A DNA stretch of 39,948 bases, from IMG/VR virus record IMGVR_UViG_3300020045_014696, positions 1 through 39,948 of that record; one strand, 5' to 3'. The number at the start of each line of letters is the position of its first letter. Position 1 is the first letter of the stretch. This DNA comes from a virus (lineage: Duplodnaviria; Caudoviricetes). The notes under the pieces are model-generated. The model was not told where the DNA came from. It was given only the letters and a program-made list of their open reading frames with translations, and searched no databases. Made by a program: the position numbers and the translations under genes. Shown here piece after piece: positions 8,434 to 16,295 of the stretch.

Positions 8434-8694
8434 ATGGGTATTAATTTTTTGATTTTTGTTTCTGGAATTATTGTGGGGTTTTTGGTGGCTATGCTTGTGA
8501 TCGTGGTACTGGTTTTTTTCCGAAGAATTGTCGAACAAAAAGCGGTTGTCTTTGAAAATAAAATAAGTAGTTTGGGTCCACAACCAAAGGGGTTCATTTT
8601 CATACCCCCTGATGACGCAGAAGCGGCGAGGCAAGAGATTATCGAGAAAAATCGAGCGCTTGGGAAAGATACAAAATTATCAGAGCTTATATAA
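8434..8694 (+). CDS. Single-pass membrane protein
   Basis: Long N-terminal hydrophobic helix followed by RR. Confidence 0.75.
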   Translation: MGINFLIFVSGIIVGFLVAMLVIVVLVFFRRIVEQKAVVFENKISSLGPQPKGFIFIPPDDAEAARQEIIEKNRALGKDTKLSELI

Positions 8695-8701
8695 AAATCG
8701 T

Positions 8702-8986
8702 ATGGCAAAAAAAATTACTCCGCGGGCAAAGCAAGTGCTTGTAAAACCTGATGGGGTGGAGAGTCGCGAGTCAGAGTCTGGTATTATTACTCCATCGAAT
8801 ATTGAGCAGGAACAGAAAGCTATCGGCACGGTTATTGCTGTGGGGTCCGATATTAAGGATATCTACCGTGATGATCGGGTAATTTATGGTGCTTATGCGG
8901 GTGAGGTTATAAAGTTCCGCGAGGGTGGTAAAGATGTGGAGTATCGCATTTTATTCGACGAGGATATCCTCGCATTCATCGAATAG
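8702..8986 (+). CDS. groES: Co-chaperonin GroES (start corrected to ATG 8702)
   Basis: ITPRAKQVLVK...SGIITP...GTVIAVG...DRVIYGAYAG...ILFDEDILAFIE. Confidence 0.92.
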   Translation: MAKKITPRAKQVLVKPDGVESRESESGIITPSNIEQEQKAIGTVIAVGSDIKDIYRDDRVIYGAYAGEVIKFREGGKDVEYRILFDEDILAFIE

Positions 8987-8989
8987 GTC

Positions 8990-9112
8990 ATGGCAGTAGC
9001 ACAGATAAAATTCGAAATCATCAAATACGGAGCTATGTTCGGCTTTTTCAAAGAGAGAGGAACCTTTGTGGTGTACCTTGGTCCATTTATGATTATTTTT
9101 ACAAAGTTATGA
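8990..9112 (+). CDS. Small hypothetical protein (40 aa)
   Basis: MAVAQIKFEIIKYGAMFGFF...FTKL*, ATGA overlap with the next ORF. Confidence 0.5.
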   Translation: MAVAQIKFEIIKYGAMFGFFKERGTFVVYLGPFMIIFTKL

Positions 9113-9366
9113 GATACGGCCGAGATTTGGGATGCCGTTTCGGGCAACCGCACGACCTCAAAAACATTCACGAAAATCCGCATGTACTTTGGGAGGTGTG
9201 CAAGATTTGTGGGAAGCGGTTCAGGTGGAATAAAGGTTATAGGGGGCGGGTGGAGAATGCTGAATATTTGAGAGTCCATGTTCGAAATTATGCACAGCAG
9301 TTTGGAGCGACAAAGCGAATTTTTAATAAACTGTACGATCCTAAGAAATGCGAAATATTTATATGA
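9109..9366 (+). CDS. Zn-ribbon-like hypothetical protein
   Basis: C...H...CKIC motif; ATGA overlaps on both sides. Confidence 0.7.
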   Translation: MRYGRDLGCRFGQPHDLKNIHENPHVLWEVCKICGKRFRWNKGYRGRVENAEYLRVHVRNYAQQFGATKRIFNKLYDPKKCEIFI

Positions 9367-9548
9367 CCAGAGCAACAAATACAAGAATTTTCAGATATTT
9401 TGAGCAGGGTCAAATGGGAGCGTTGGTGAAGAGAGAGAGTCCGATTTCTGCTCAAGAAAAAAAATTTGTGGGAAAGTGTAAGTGTGGTCGGGAGTTATGG
9501 GCAAGTGCGGGACAAATTATTAGGACTAACAAATGTAGGCACAAATGA
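9363..9548 (+). CDS. Small Cys-rich hypothetical protein
   Basis: ATG 9363 overlaps the previous stop; CKCG...CRH; ATGA overlap with groEL. Confidence 0.6.
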   Translation: MTRATNTRIFRYFEQGQMGALVKRESPISAQEKKFVGKCKCGRELWASAGQIIRTNKCRHK

Positions 9549-11071
9549 ATCCGAATGAAACGATTGTGATCGAGGACGGTGTTCTCGACATTATAGAATC
9601 CGCAGTCAATAAGTTGGTTGATACTGTTCGTCCAACTTATGGGCCAGCGAGCAATAAGGTTATTATTGACAAGATGGCATATCGAATGGTCGTTGATGAT
9701 GGTGTGCAGATTGCCCGTGATTTCGAATTGCCAGACCCAGCGGAGAATGCGGTGGTGAAGATTATCCGTGAAACTGCTATTCGTACGAATGACATTGCGG
9801 GTGATGGGACCACTAGCTCGCTTATCATGCTTCAGGCCATTATCCGAGAAATTCGAAGGAAGACGAAAATTAATGGTCGCAAAATTGAAATCGAGTTGAA
9901 TAGGGGTATGGCAGAGGTGCGCGAGCAACTTCTAAAATCTGCTAAAAAAATAAAGACTCGTGAAGAGTTAAAAAAGGTTGCCCTTATTTCTTTTGACGAT
10001 GAGAAAATTGCCGACATGCTTGCTGATTTGTATTTCAAACTTGGAAAAGATGCGACTATCACTATTGATAAGTCACCAACGATGGACACGTTTATGGAGT
10101 TGGCAGATGGTATTGAAATTCCTCGGGGGTATATCAGTCCGTATATGATAAACAACCCAGAGCGTATGGAAACGGTGCTTGAAAAGCCGTATATCTTGAT
10201 GACGGATTATCGCCTTATGGAAGCGACGGATTTATTGCCTATTATGGAGAAAATGGCAAAGGCGAACAAGCGTGAGTTGGTCATAATTTGTGAGAATTTG
10301 GAGAATAGTGCGCTTGCAACGGCCGTGCTGAATCGAATACAGCAGAAATTTTTTACAGTTGCCATTCCAGTACCAGCGTACGATAACCGAAAAGTGAGGC
10401 TTGAGGATATAGCGCTCATGACGGGGGCGAAATTGTTTACTGCGGATAAGGGGGATAAGCTCGAGAATGCTGAACTTGCCGATCTTGGTCGTGCAGAGCG
10501 TTTTATTTGTCGAAAGGAGCATTCGATAATTATCGGTCCGAAAGGAAAAAAGGTTGATGTTTCTATGGCCATAAATTCTATTCGGTCCGCAATTACGAAT
10601 GAGCAGAAAGAGAAAGACCGAAAAGAGCTCGAGCAACGTCTTGCCGTGCTTACGAATAGTCTTGCGGTCATTAAAGTAGGGGCGCCGACTGAGAATGAAC
10701 AGAAAGCTCTTAAGTATAAAGTCGAGGATGCTGTGAATGCGGTAAAAGCGGCATATAAAAATGGTGTTGTTTGTGGCTCGGGGCTTGCTTTGGCGGGATT
10801 AAAAACATCCAGTCCGATTCTTAATGAAGCGTTGAAATATCCAGCGCGACAGTTGAGGGAAAATATGGGGTTAGATGATGTCGAGTATTTACAATCAGGT
10901 CATGCGTATAATGTCGTGACGCAGAAGGTAGGGCCTTATCTTGAGGTGGGGGTGGTCGATCCTGTGGATGTATTGATTGCGGGTGTTCAGAGCGCTGTTT
11001 CAATTGCTTCGGTGTTGGTTACGAGTTGCAAAATGATCGTGGAGAAGCCAAAAGATAAGGTTACGGAATAG
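9545..11071 (+). CDS. groEL: Chaperonin GroEL (divergent, 508 aa)
   Basis: TYGP, DDGVQIA, AGDGTTS, RGYISPY, AVIKVGAPTE, VEDAVNAVKAA, GVVDP. Confidence 0.96.
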   Translation: MNPNETIVIEDGVLDIIESAVNKLVDTVRPTYGPASNKVIIDKMAYRMVVDDGVQIARDFELPDPAENAVVKIIRETAIRTNDIAGDGTTSSLIMLQAIIREIRRKTKINGRKIEIELNRGMAEVREQLLKSAKKIKTREELKKVALISFDDEKIADMLADLYFKLGKDATITIDKSPTMDTFMELADGIEIPRGYISPYMINNPERMETVLEKPYILMTDYRLMEATDLLPIMEKMAKANKRELVIICENLENSALATAVLNRIQQKFFTVAIPVPAYDNRKVRLEDIALMTGAKLFTADKGDKLENAELADLGRAERFICRKEHSIIIGPKGKKVDVSMAINSIRSAITNEQKEKDRKELEQRLAVLTNSLAVIKVGAPTENEQKALKYKVEDAVNAVKAAYKNGVVCGSGLALAGLKTSSPILNEALKYPARQLRENMGLDDVEYLQSGHAYNVVTQKVGPYLEVGVVDPVDVLIAGVQSAVSIASVLVTSCKMIVEKPKDKVTE

Positions 11072-11083
11072 GTTGATAAGTGG

Positions 11084-11111
11084 TTGCCATTCCCCACAGA
11101 AATGATATCTT
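11084..11111 (+). promoter_or_regulatory. Putative promoter of the membrane-protein gene
   Basis: TTGCCA 11084-11089, TGaTATCTT extended -10 ending 11111; DnaA-box-like TTCCCCACA in the spacer. Confidence 0.45.
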
Positions 11112-11118
11112 GTAAAGT

Positions 11119-11850
11119 ATGCCAGTAATGATGATTATTTTAATAGGGGTCTTTGCGGTCGGCGCATTTGTGTTCGAGAGTATTCCTGTGGAGTTAGAGA
11201 TGCCTGTTAAGTTGCCTCCGATTTCTGTGGAGATATCCACCGAGGCGAGTGCCGTAATGATTGATGAAAATGTTATAATTGAACCAACAGAGATAGAAGA
11301 GATTCCTACTGCGACAGAAACGGGAATAGAGATTCCATCAACAGAACAGTATAGTGAGCCGACCAAAATTTATGTTCCGATTTATATTACAGTTCCGCTT
11401 CCAGTTGAAACATTATTACCTCAACCACAAGAACCAATGCCATCTGAGCCAACAGAAATAGCTAGTCCGAAATCACCAGAGATAAAGGTTATTAATCCGA
11501 TTCCAGGTAAGGGTTTGGGAAGGATTTATTATGTTATGCCTGTGGATCCAAATTTGTCGGATGAAAGCAATTATATTGTTCTGGGTTTTGTGCTGAAAAA
11601 CGAATCAGGTGATGTGGTGAGAGAGGCGGTGGCAGAAGTTGTGGCGACAGATGACAAACAGAATATGACTATAAACGGCACGGGGAATCTTGCAAAAATT
11701 ATAGAGGACGGGGCAGAGAAGAGGTTATATTATTACCCATTTACGTATTACTTTAATTTTTCGGGAAAGCATACGATAACGTTCAGTGCGCTCGGGGTTT
11801 CGACCTCTGTTGAGGTGGATGTATTGGAGCTTGTCTCAGAAGAAAACTAA
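11119..11850 (+). CDS. Membrane-anchored surface protein (TM helix, Pro/Glu/Thr linker, beta-rich Ig-like C-domain)
   Basis: Hydrophobic N-terminus, P/E/T-rich linker, ...SGKHTITFSALGVSTSVEVDV. Confidence 0.75.
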   Translation: MPVMMIILIGVFAVGAFVFESIPVELEMPVKLPPISVEISTEASAVMIDENVIIEPTEIEEIPTATETGIEIPSTEQYSEPTKIYVPIYITVPLPVETLLPQPQEPMPSEPTEIASPKSPEIKVINPIPGKGLGRIYYVMPVDPNLSDESNYIVLGFVLKNESGDVVREAVAEVVATDDKQNMTINGTGNLAKIIEDGAEKRLYYYPFTYYFNFSGKHTITFSALGVSTSVEVDVLELVSEEN

Positions 11851-11854
11851 TTTT

Positions 11855-12103
11855 ATGGAAAAAGCAAAAATTTTACTGGAACAAATTATACTCGCTTTGG
11901 TGGATAACCCAGATTCAGTGCAGGTTGAGGGCAAGACTGATGAAATGGGAGTGTTGCTATCTTTGAGGGTGGCGAGAGAGGATATGGGCAAGGTTATCGG
12001 CAAGGCGGGAGAAACAGCAAAAGCGATTCGGCTTGTTATGCGTGTTGCGGGTATGTCCGAGAAGGCTCATATAAATGTCAAAATTTTAGAACCTGAGTAT
12101 TAA
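11855..12103 (+). CDS. khpA: KH-domain RNA-binding protein KhpA (UPF0109); start corrected to ATG 11855
   Basis: LVDNPDSVQV...DMGKVIGKAGETAKAIR (GxxG loop), 82 aa. Confidence 0.92.
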   Translation: MEKAKILLEQIILALVDNPDSVQVEGKTDEMGVLLSLRVAREDMGKVIGKAGETAKAIRLVMRVAGMSEKAHINVKILEPEY

Positions 12104-12112
12104 TTGCACTTT

Positions 12113-12709
12113 ATGGAAATTCAAGAAACACCAATCGGGAATATAATCCCGTATTCGAAGAACTCGAAGGACCATTCCGAGGACCAGATAAGAAAGATTG
12201 CGGCGTCCATTCGAGAGTTTGGATTCAATCAACCGATCGTCATTGATAAGGATGGTGTGATTATCGTGGGTCATGGTAGATATTTTGCGGCCGTAATGAT
12301 TGGTATGGAGAAAGTGCCGACTTTTTCGGTTGATATTAGCGAAGAGAAGGCTCGAGCTTATCGTATCGCTGATAATAAGTTGAATGAGAGTGAGTGGCGT
12401 ATGGGTATAGTTCTCGAAGAGTTGAAACTTTTGTCGTTGGAGATGATCGATTTGACGGGTTTTAACAGAGAGGATTTTGAGGGGATGGCGGCCGCTGATG
12501 AAATCGGACAACTTGCAAGAGAGAGGGATATCGATTTGGGCAAATATAATGTTCTAACCGTGGAGGCGCCCGAGGCGCCAAGACTTAAGGCGAGGTGTAG
12601 TTTTTATTTTGAGAAAATTGAGGATTTTGACCGAGTTAAGCGATTTTTCAATGCAGATGGAGGGGAGTTGGATGTGAAAAAGCTTTTGGATATAGTAGAT
12701 TCAAAATAA
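12113..12709 (+). CDS. ParB/Srx N-terminal nuclease-domain protein
   Basis: IAASIREFGFNQPIVID...IIVGHGR...AYRIADNKL; adjacent to the methylase as is common in phages. Confidence 0.88.
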   Translation: MEIQETPIGNIIPYSKNSKDHSEDQIRKIAASIREFGFNQPIVIDKDGVIIVGHGRYFAAVMIGMEKVPTFSVDISEEKARAYRIADNKLNESEWRMGIVLEELKLLSLEMIDLTGFNREDFEGMAAADEIGQLARERDIDLGKYNVLTVEAPEAPRLKARCSFYFEKIEDFDRVKRFFNADGGELDVKKLLDIVDSK

Positions 12710-12713
12710 TAAA

Positions 12714-13628
12714 ATGTCGCTGAGATATTTTTCAACATTTACAGGAGTTGGAGGGCTTGATTATGGGCTTGAGCAAATAGGAGCTAAGTGTGTCGGTTTT
12801 TCGGAGATACGGAAGAGTTCAGAGAAAATATATAAATCTCATTACCCACAGCATTTTAATTATGGGGATGTAACGGTCTTCGATCCAAATTCCTTGCCAG
12901 ATTTTGATATTCTTGTAGGAGGGTTTCCTTGTCAGAGTTTTTCACTTGCAGGGCTTCGAAAGGGGCTCGAGGACGGGAAAGGGAAGAAAGGGGCGATGGT
13001 TCTTTATCTTCATAGGATATTGCAGGCAAAACAACCGAAATTCTTTGTTCTTGAGAATGTGAAAGGCATATTGAATCACGATAAAGGGGCAACTTTTCGT
13101 AAGATTTTCCGTGTTTTTGAGAATGCTGGGTATCATGTAAGGGTGCTCTTGTTAAATGCTCTTAATTACGGATCTGCGCAGAATCGAGAGAGGGTGATTT
13201 TTATAGGGAGTAAGGAGTCTTTTGACGCCGTGAGGCCTGTTATTTTGGATAATTCAAAGAGATTTCGGGATGTGTTTGATGGTGATGAGGCGAAATATAA
13301 GCAAATCAAAGAAACAGAGAGGAATTTAGCCAAAATAGAACAGCTTTTGCAGTTTAATTTTGAACTTATAGGGAAGTGGGATAGGGTTGGGACCCTTACG
13401 ACTCAGGTGGGTTGTGGTGAAAAAGCAGTTCCATGGGGCGATAAATGGCGCATGCTGACGGTTCTCGAGTGTGAGAGGTTGCAAGGTTTCCCAGATGGAT
13501 GGACAGAGGGTGTGGCGGATTCATCGAGGTATTTTGCTATGGGTAATGCAGTTAACTGTCAGATGAGCTCGTATCTTTTTACAGACTATTTACCGAAAGT
13601 CTGGAAAACAGATTGGCAAAAGGTATAA
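12714..13628 (+). CDS. DNA (cytosine-5) methyltransferase
   Basis: FTGVGG, GGFPCQSFS, ENV, QNRERV, RLQGFP, GNAV motifs. Confidence 0.96.
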   Translation: MSLRYFSTFTGVGGLDYGLEQIGAKCVGFSEIRKSSEKIYKSHYPQHFNYGDVTVFDPNSLPDFDILVGGFPCQSFSLAGLRKGLEDGKGKKGAMVLYLHRILQAKQPKFFVLENVKGILNHDKGATFRKIFRVFENAGYHVRVLLLNALNYGSAQNRERVIFIGSKESFDAVRPVILDNSKRFRDVFDGDEAKYKQIKETERNLAKIEQLLQFNFELIGKWDRVGTLTTQVGCGEKAVPWGDKWRMLTVLECERLQGFPDGWTEGVADSSRYFAMGNAVNCQMSSYLFTDYLPKVWKTDWQKV

Positions 13629-13664
13629 TTAAGGTGGTGCGTAGAACACAATAAAACTTTCATT

Positions 13665-14159
13665 ATGGCAACCCCGAGTAAAAAGGAAGAGATGTACAAA
13701 TACATCGGCCGACCGACTAAGTTAACGCCTGAAAGTGTCAGAAAATTAGAGGAGGCTGCTGCAGTTCGCGCAACTGTTAGAGAGTCATGTTTTTATGCGG
13801 GGATTTCCGCGGACACTTATTACAAGTGGATGAAAGAAAGTCCTGAACTTTTGGAACGTTTGGAAGACCTTCGTCAAAAACCCTTTCTGGTAGCCAGGAA
13901 AACGATTATCGATAGTTTGAATGACGTTAATGTTGCGTTTAGATTCTTAGAGAAAGAGAAGCCAGAAGAGTACGGCGATCGTATCAAAGTGGAGCATTCA
14001 GGAAATGTTCAGCAAGGTGATACCATTCATCCTGATGATGAAGCATTAAGGCTTGAGTTTAAAACAAAACTCCTAGCGAATATACGTCGACGTTGGGATG
14101 AAAAAGAGAAACGGTTAGTTGTTAATAAATTACCTGATGGGGTGGGACAAAAACTTTGA
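13665..14159 (+). CDS. terS: Terminase small subunit
   Basis: GRPTKLT, HTH-like AGIS.DTYYKW, LE...PEEYG...KVEHSG; upstream of TerL; TATAAT at 13624-13629 precedes it. Confidence 0.78.
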   Translation: MATPSKKEEMYKYIGRPTKLTPESVRKLEEAAAVRATVRESCFYAGISADTYYKWMKESPELLERLEDLRQKPFLVARKTIIDSLNDVNVAFRFLEKEKPEEYGDRIKVEHSGNVQQGDTIHPDDEALRLEFKTKLLANIRRRWDEKEKRLVVNKLPDGVGQKL

Positions 14160-14337
14160 TAATCGAGTTCCTTTAAAATTTTGTGGCGGGAAACCGTCTT
14201 ATGATAAGAAATCAGCACAGACCGCGGCGAATAGTAGATTTGAGCAGGACCATGTGAAGCTTCGAATTTATAATTGCCCTAAGTGTAATGGGTGGCATCT
14301 TACTAAGCAGTCATATAATCCAAATTTCGATGAATAA
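14137..14337 (+). CDS. Small Zn-finger phage protein
   Basis: C..K..Y...LRIYNCPKCNGWHLT pattern. Confidence 0.7.
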   Translation: MGWDKNFDNRVPLKFCGGKPSYDKKSAQTAANSRFEQDHVKLRIYNCPKCNGWHLTKQSYNPNFDE

Positions 14338-14524
14338 TGAAAGACCGTGCGTAGAACATGATTTTGTGGCTCTCCTGGGGTTTTTAACGCATACCCCTGT
14401 TGTTTGCGCTTATTGTGGCCAGGTTCGAGAGGTTAGAGCTGATGGGACTGTTATTATTCTTAGGCAAAGAGGCGAAGTAAAAAATGGAAGTACAGAAGAA
14501 ACAACCGAAGATAGCCGAGCCTGA
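14330..14524 (+). CDS. Small Cys/His hypothetical protein
   Basis: C..H...CAYCG motif. Confidence 0.55.
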   Translation: MNNERPCVEHDFVALLGFLTHTPVVCAYCGQVREVRADGTVIILRQRGEVKNGSTEETTEDSRA

Positions 14525-16145
14525 TAATGGTATTCTCGATTGGATCGGCGAAAATAAAATTCGCAATGAGAAAGGCGATATCATTGAATTTGATATGCAC
14601 CCGTTTCTTGTCGATATCTATGATGACCAGTCGCAAAACCTGACCGTTATGAAGGGGGCGCAAATTGGCATGAGTACTTTGCAGATACTTAAGAATCATC
14701 GGGATGCGAAGCGCTATAAAATGGACATTATCTATACGCTCCCGACCGATAAAGATGTGAGTGTTTTCGTTGGTGGTAAGGTGAACCGTATTATTGCGAA
14801 TAACCCCGTCATGCTCGAGGATGTCGCAGACAAAGACTCTATCGAGCAGAAACAGGTTGGAAATTCGATGGTGTACTTTCGAGGGACATGGACTAAGAAG
14901 GCCGCCATTATGGTTACGGGCGATCGTTTGGTCCACGATGAGAAAGACAGTTCGAAACTCGATATCATTTCGGATTATCAGGCGCGTCTACAGCATTCAA
15001 AGTTCAAGCAGACTCATACGTTCAGTCATCCTTCATTACCAGAAACGGGTGTACATGCTGATTGGATGATGAGCGACCAAAAACATTGGCATGTTATGTG
15101 TCGAGCGTGCGGGTATGAACAATTTCTTAATTGGGACACGGAACAACCTCGCAAGATGTCTGTTGATATTGAGCGCCGAGCGTTCGTCTGTAAGCGTTGT
15201 AAGGGCATTCTGACGGATAGGGACCGCGCATGCGGACGTTGGATAGCGCGATATCCGAATCGGAAGTGGAGTGGTTATTGGGTTTCGCTTTTGATGTGCC
15301 CATGGGTGAGTGCAGGGGATATTGTAGATAAATTTCAGCACAAAGACACGACTGCAGAGTTCTTTTATACGAAAATACTTGGACTCCCGTATGCGGATGC
15401 TTCGGCTAAGCTTTTGCGAGATAGTTTCTTTCAGAATCTTACAGGCAAAGCTTATGCTCCGATGCCCGATGAGCGTATTGTTATCGGTATAGATACGGGA
15501 CTCCGAATTGATTACGTTATGGGCGATAAGATGGGGTTATTTTTCCACGGTGATTGCGATGATTACAATGAGTTGGATGCAATAATGCTCCGTTGGCCTA
15601 AAGCGATAGCGGTCATAGACCAGGGTGGGGATTTAATCGGATCTCGTAAATTTTATCAGCGTTGGAAAGGTAGAGTCATTTTGTGCGCGTTATCGGGCGA
15701 CAGAAAGACGAAGGAGTTGGTCAAGTGGGGTAAGGGAAATGAAGAGGGAACTGCGGTGGCCGATCGTAACCGAAGCATTCAACTTGTCGTTGATGAGTTT
15801 CGTACACGCCGAATACCTGTTCATGGGACCGAGGGTGATTGGTTTGAGTATTGGTCTGATTGGAATAATCTTGCAAAAATGAGGGTGCTTGACCCTGATA
15901 CTAACGCTACGAAAGGGTATAAGTGGGTTCGAAGCGGGCGCGACCACAGAGCGTTAGCGACTGTCTTCTGGCGTATTGGGATGATGCGTTATTCGACCGC
16001 AGGCGCTGTCATTATGCCGCCGACCGCTATGCATAGCCCTAATAGTTATATGGTAGAGCCGAATCAAACCGTAAATTTCAACCCGAAAGAAATGTTTGAT
16101 CAACAGGAATTGGCAGCCGAAGATGATTGGCGTCGAGTTGGCTAG
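14484..16145 (+). CDS. terL: Terminase large subunit (GpA-like ATPase, Zn-finger, nuclease)
   Basis: KGAQIGMST Walker A-like, VHDEKD Walker B, FSHP, CRAC/CKRC, IGIDTG nuclease motif, C-terminal DH. Confidence 0.92.
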   Translation: MEVQKKQPKIAEPDNGILDWIGENKIRNEKGDIIEFDMHPFLVDIYDDQSQNLTVMKGAQIGMSTLQILKNHRDAKRYKMDIIYTLPTDKDVSVFVGGKVNRIIANNPVMLEDVADKDSIEQKQVGNSMVYFRGTWTKKAAIMVTGDRLVHDEKDSSKLDIISDYQARLQHSKFKQTHTFSHPSLPETGVHADWMMSDQKHWHVMCRACGYEQFLNWDTEQPRKMSVDIERRAFVCKRCKGILTDRDRACGRWIARYPNRKWSGYWVSLLMCPWVSAGDIVDKFQHKDTTAEFFYTKILGLPYADASAKLLRDSFFQNLTGKAYAPMPDERIVIGIDTGLRIDYVMGDKMGLFFHGDCDDYNELDAIMLRWPKAIAVIDQGGDLIGSRKFYQRWKGRVILCALSGDRKTKELVKWGKGNEEGTAVADRNRSIQLVVDEFRTRRIPVHGTEGDWFEYWSDWNNLAKMRVLDPDTNATKGYKWVRSGRDHRALATVFWRIGMMRYSTAGAVIMPPTAMHSPNSYMVEPNQTVNFNPKEMFDQQELAAEDDWRRVG

Positions 16146-16183
16146 TTATCCACATGTTGTGGTGTAATAATTTATGCGATAAT
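16146..16183 (+). promoter_or_regulatory. Putative late promoter preceded by a perfect DnaA box
   Basis: TTATCCACA 16146-16154; TGcGATAAT extended -10 16175-16183; no palindromic operator. Confidence 0.55.
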
Positions 16184-16238
16184 TGTGTTGTCGAGCACGC
16201 GACTCGATTTTCGCTTCCCCCCATTCATCCTCAAGGAT

Positions 16239-16277
16239 AGGACTACCGACCTCTACTATGTCGCGTAGTCCTTTTTT
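16239..16277 (+). terminator. Intrinsic terminator-like hairpin in the portal leader
   Basis: AGGACTAC-CGAC / GTCG-c-GTAGTCCT stem followed by a T run. Confidence 0.7.
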
Positions 16278-16295
16278 GCATAAATTTAAAAAACG

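Noticed and set aside
12113-12709. ParB as evidence of plasmid-like partitioning
   Set aside because: Only the N-terminal ParB/Srx domain next to a DNA methylase; no ParA or HTH domain, a common phage arrangement.
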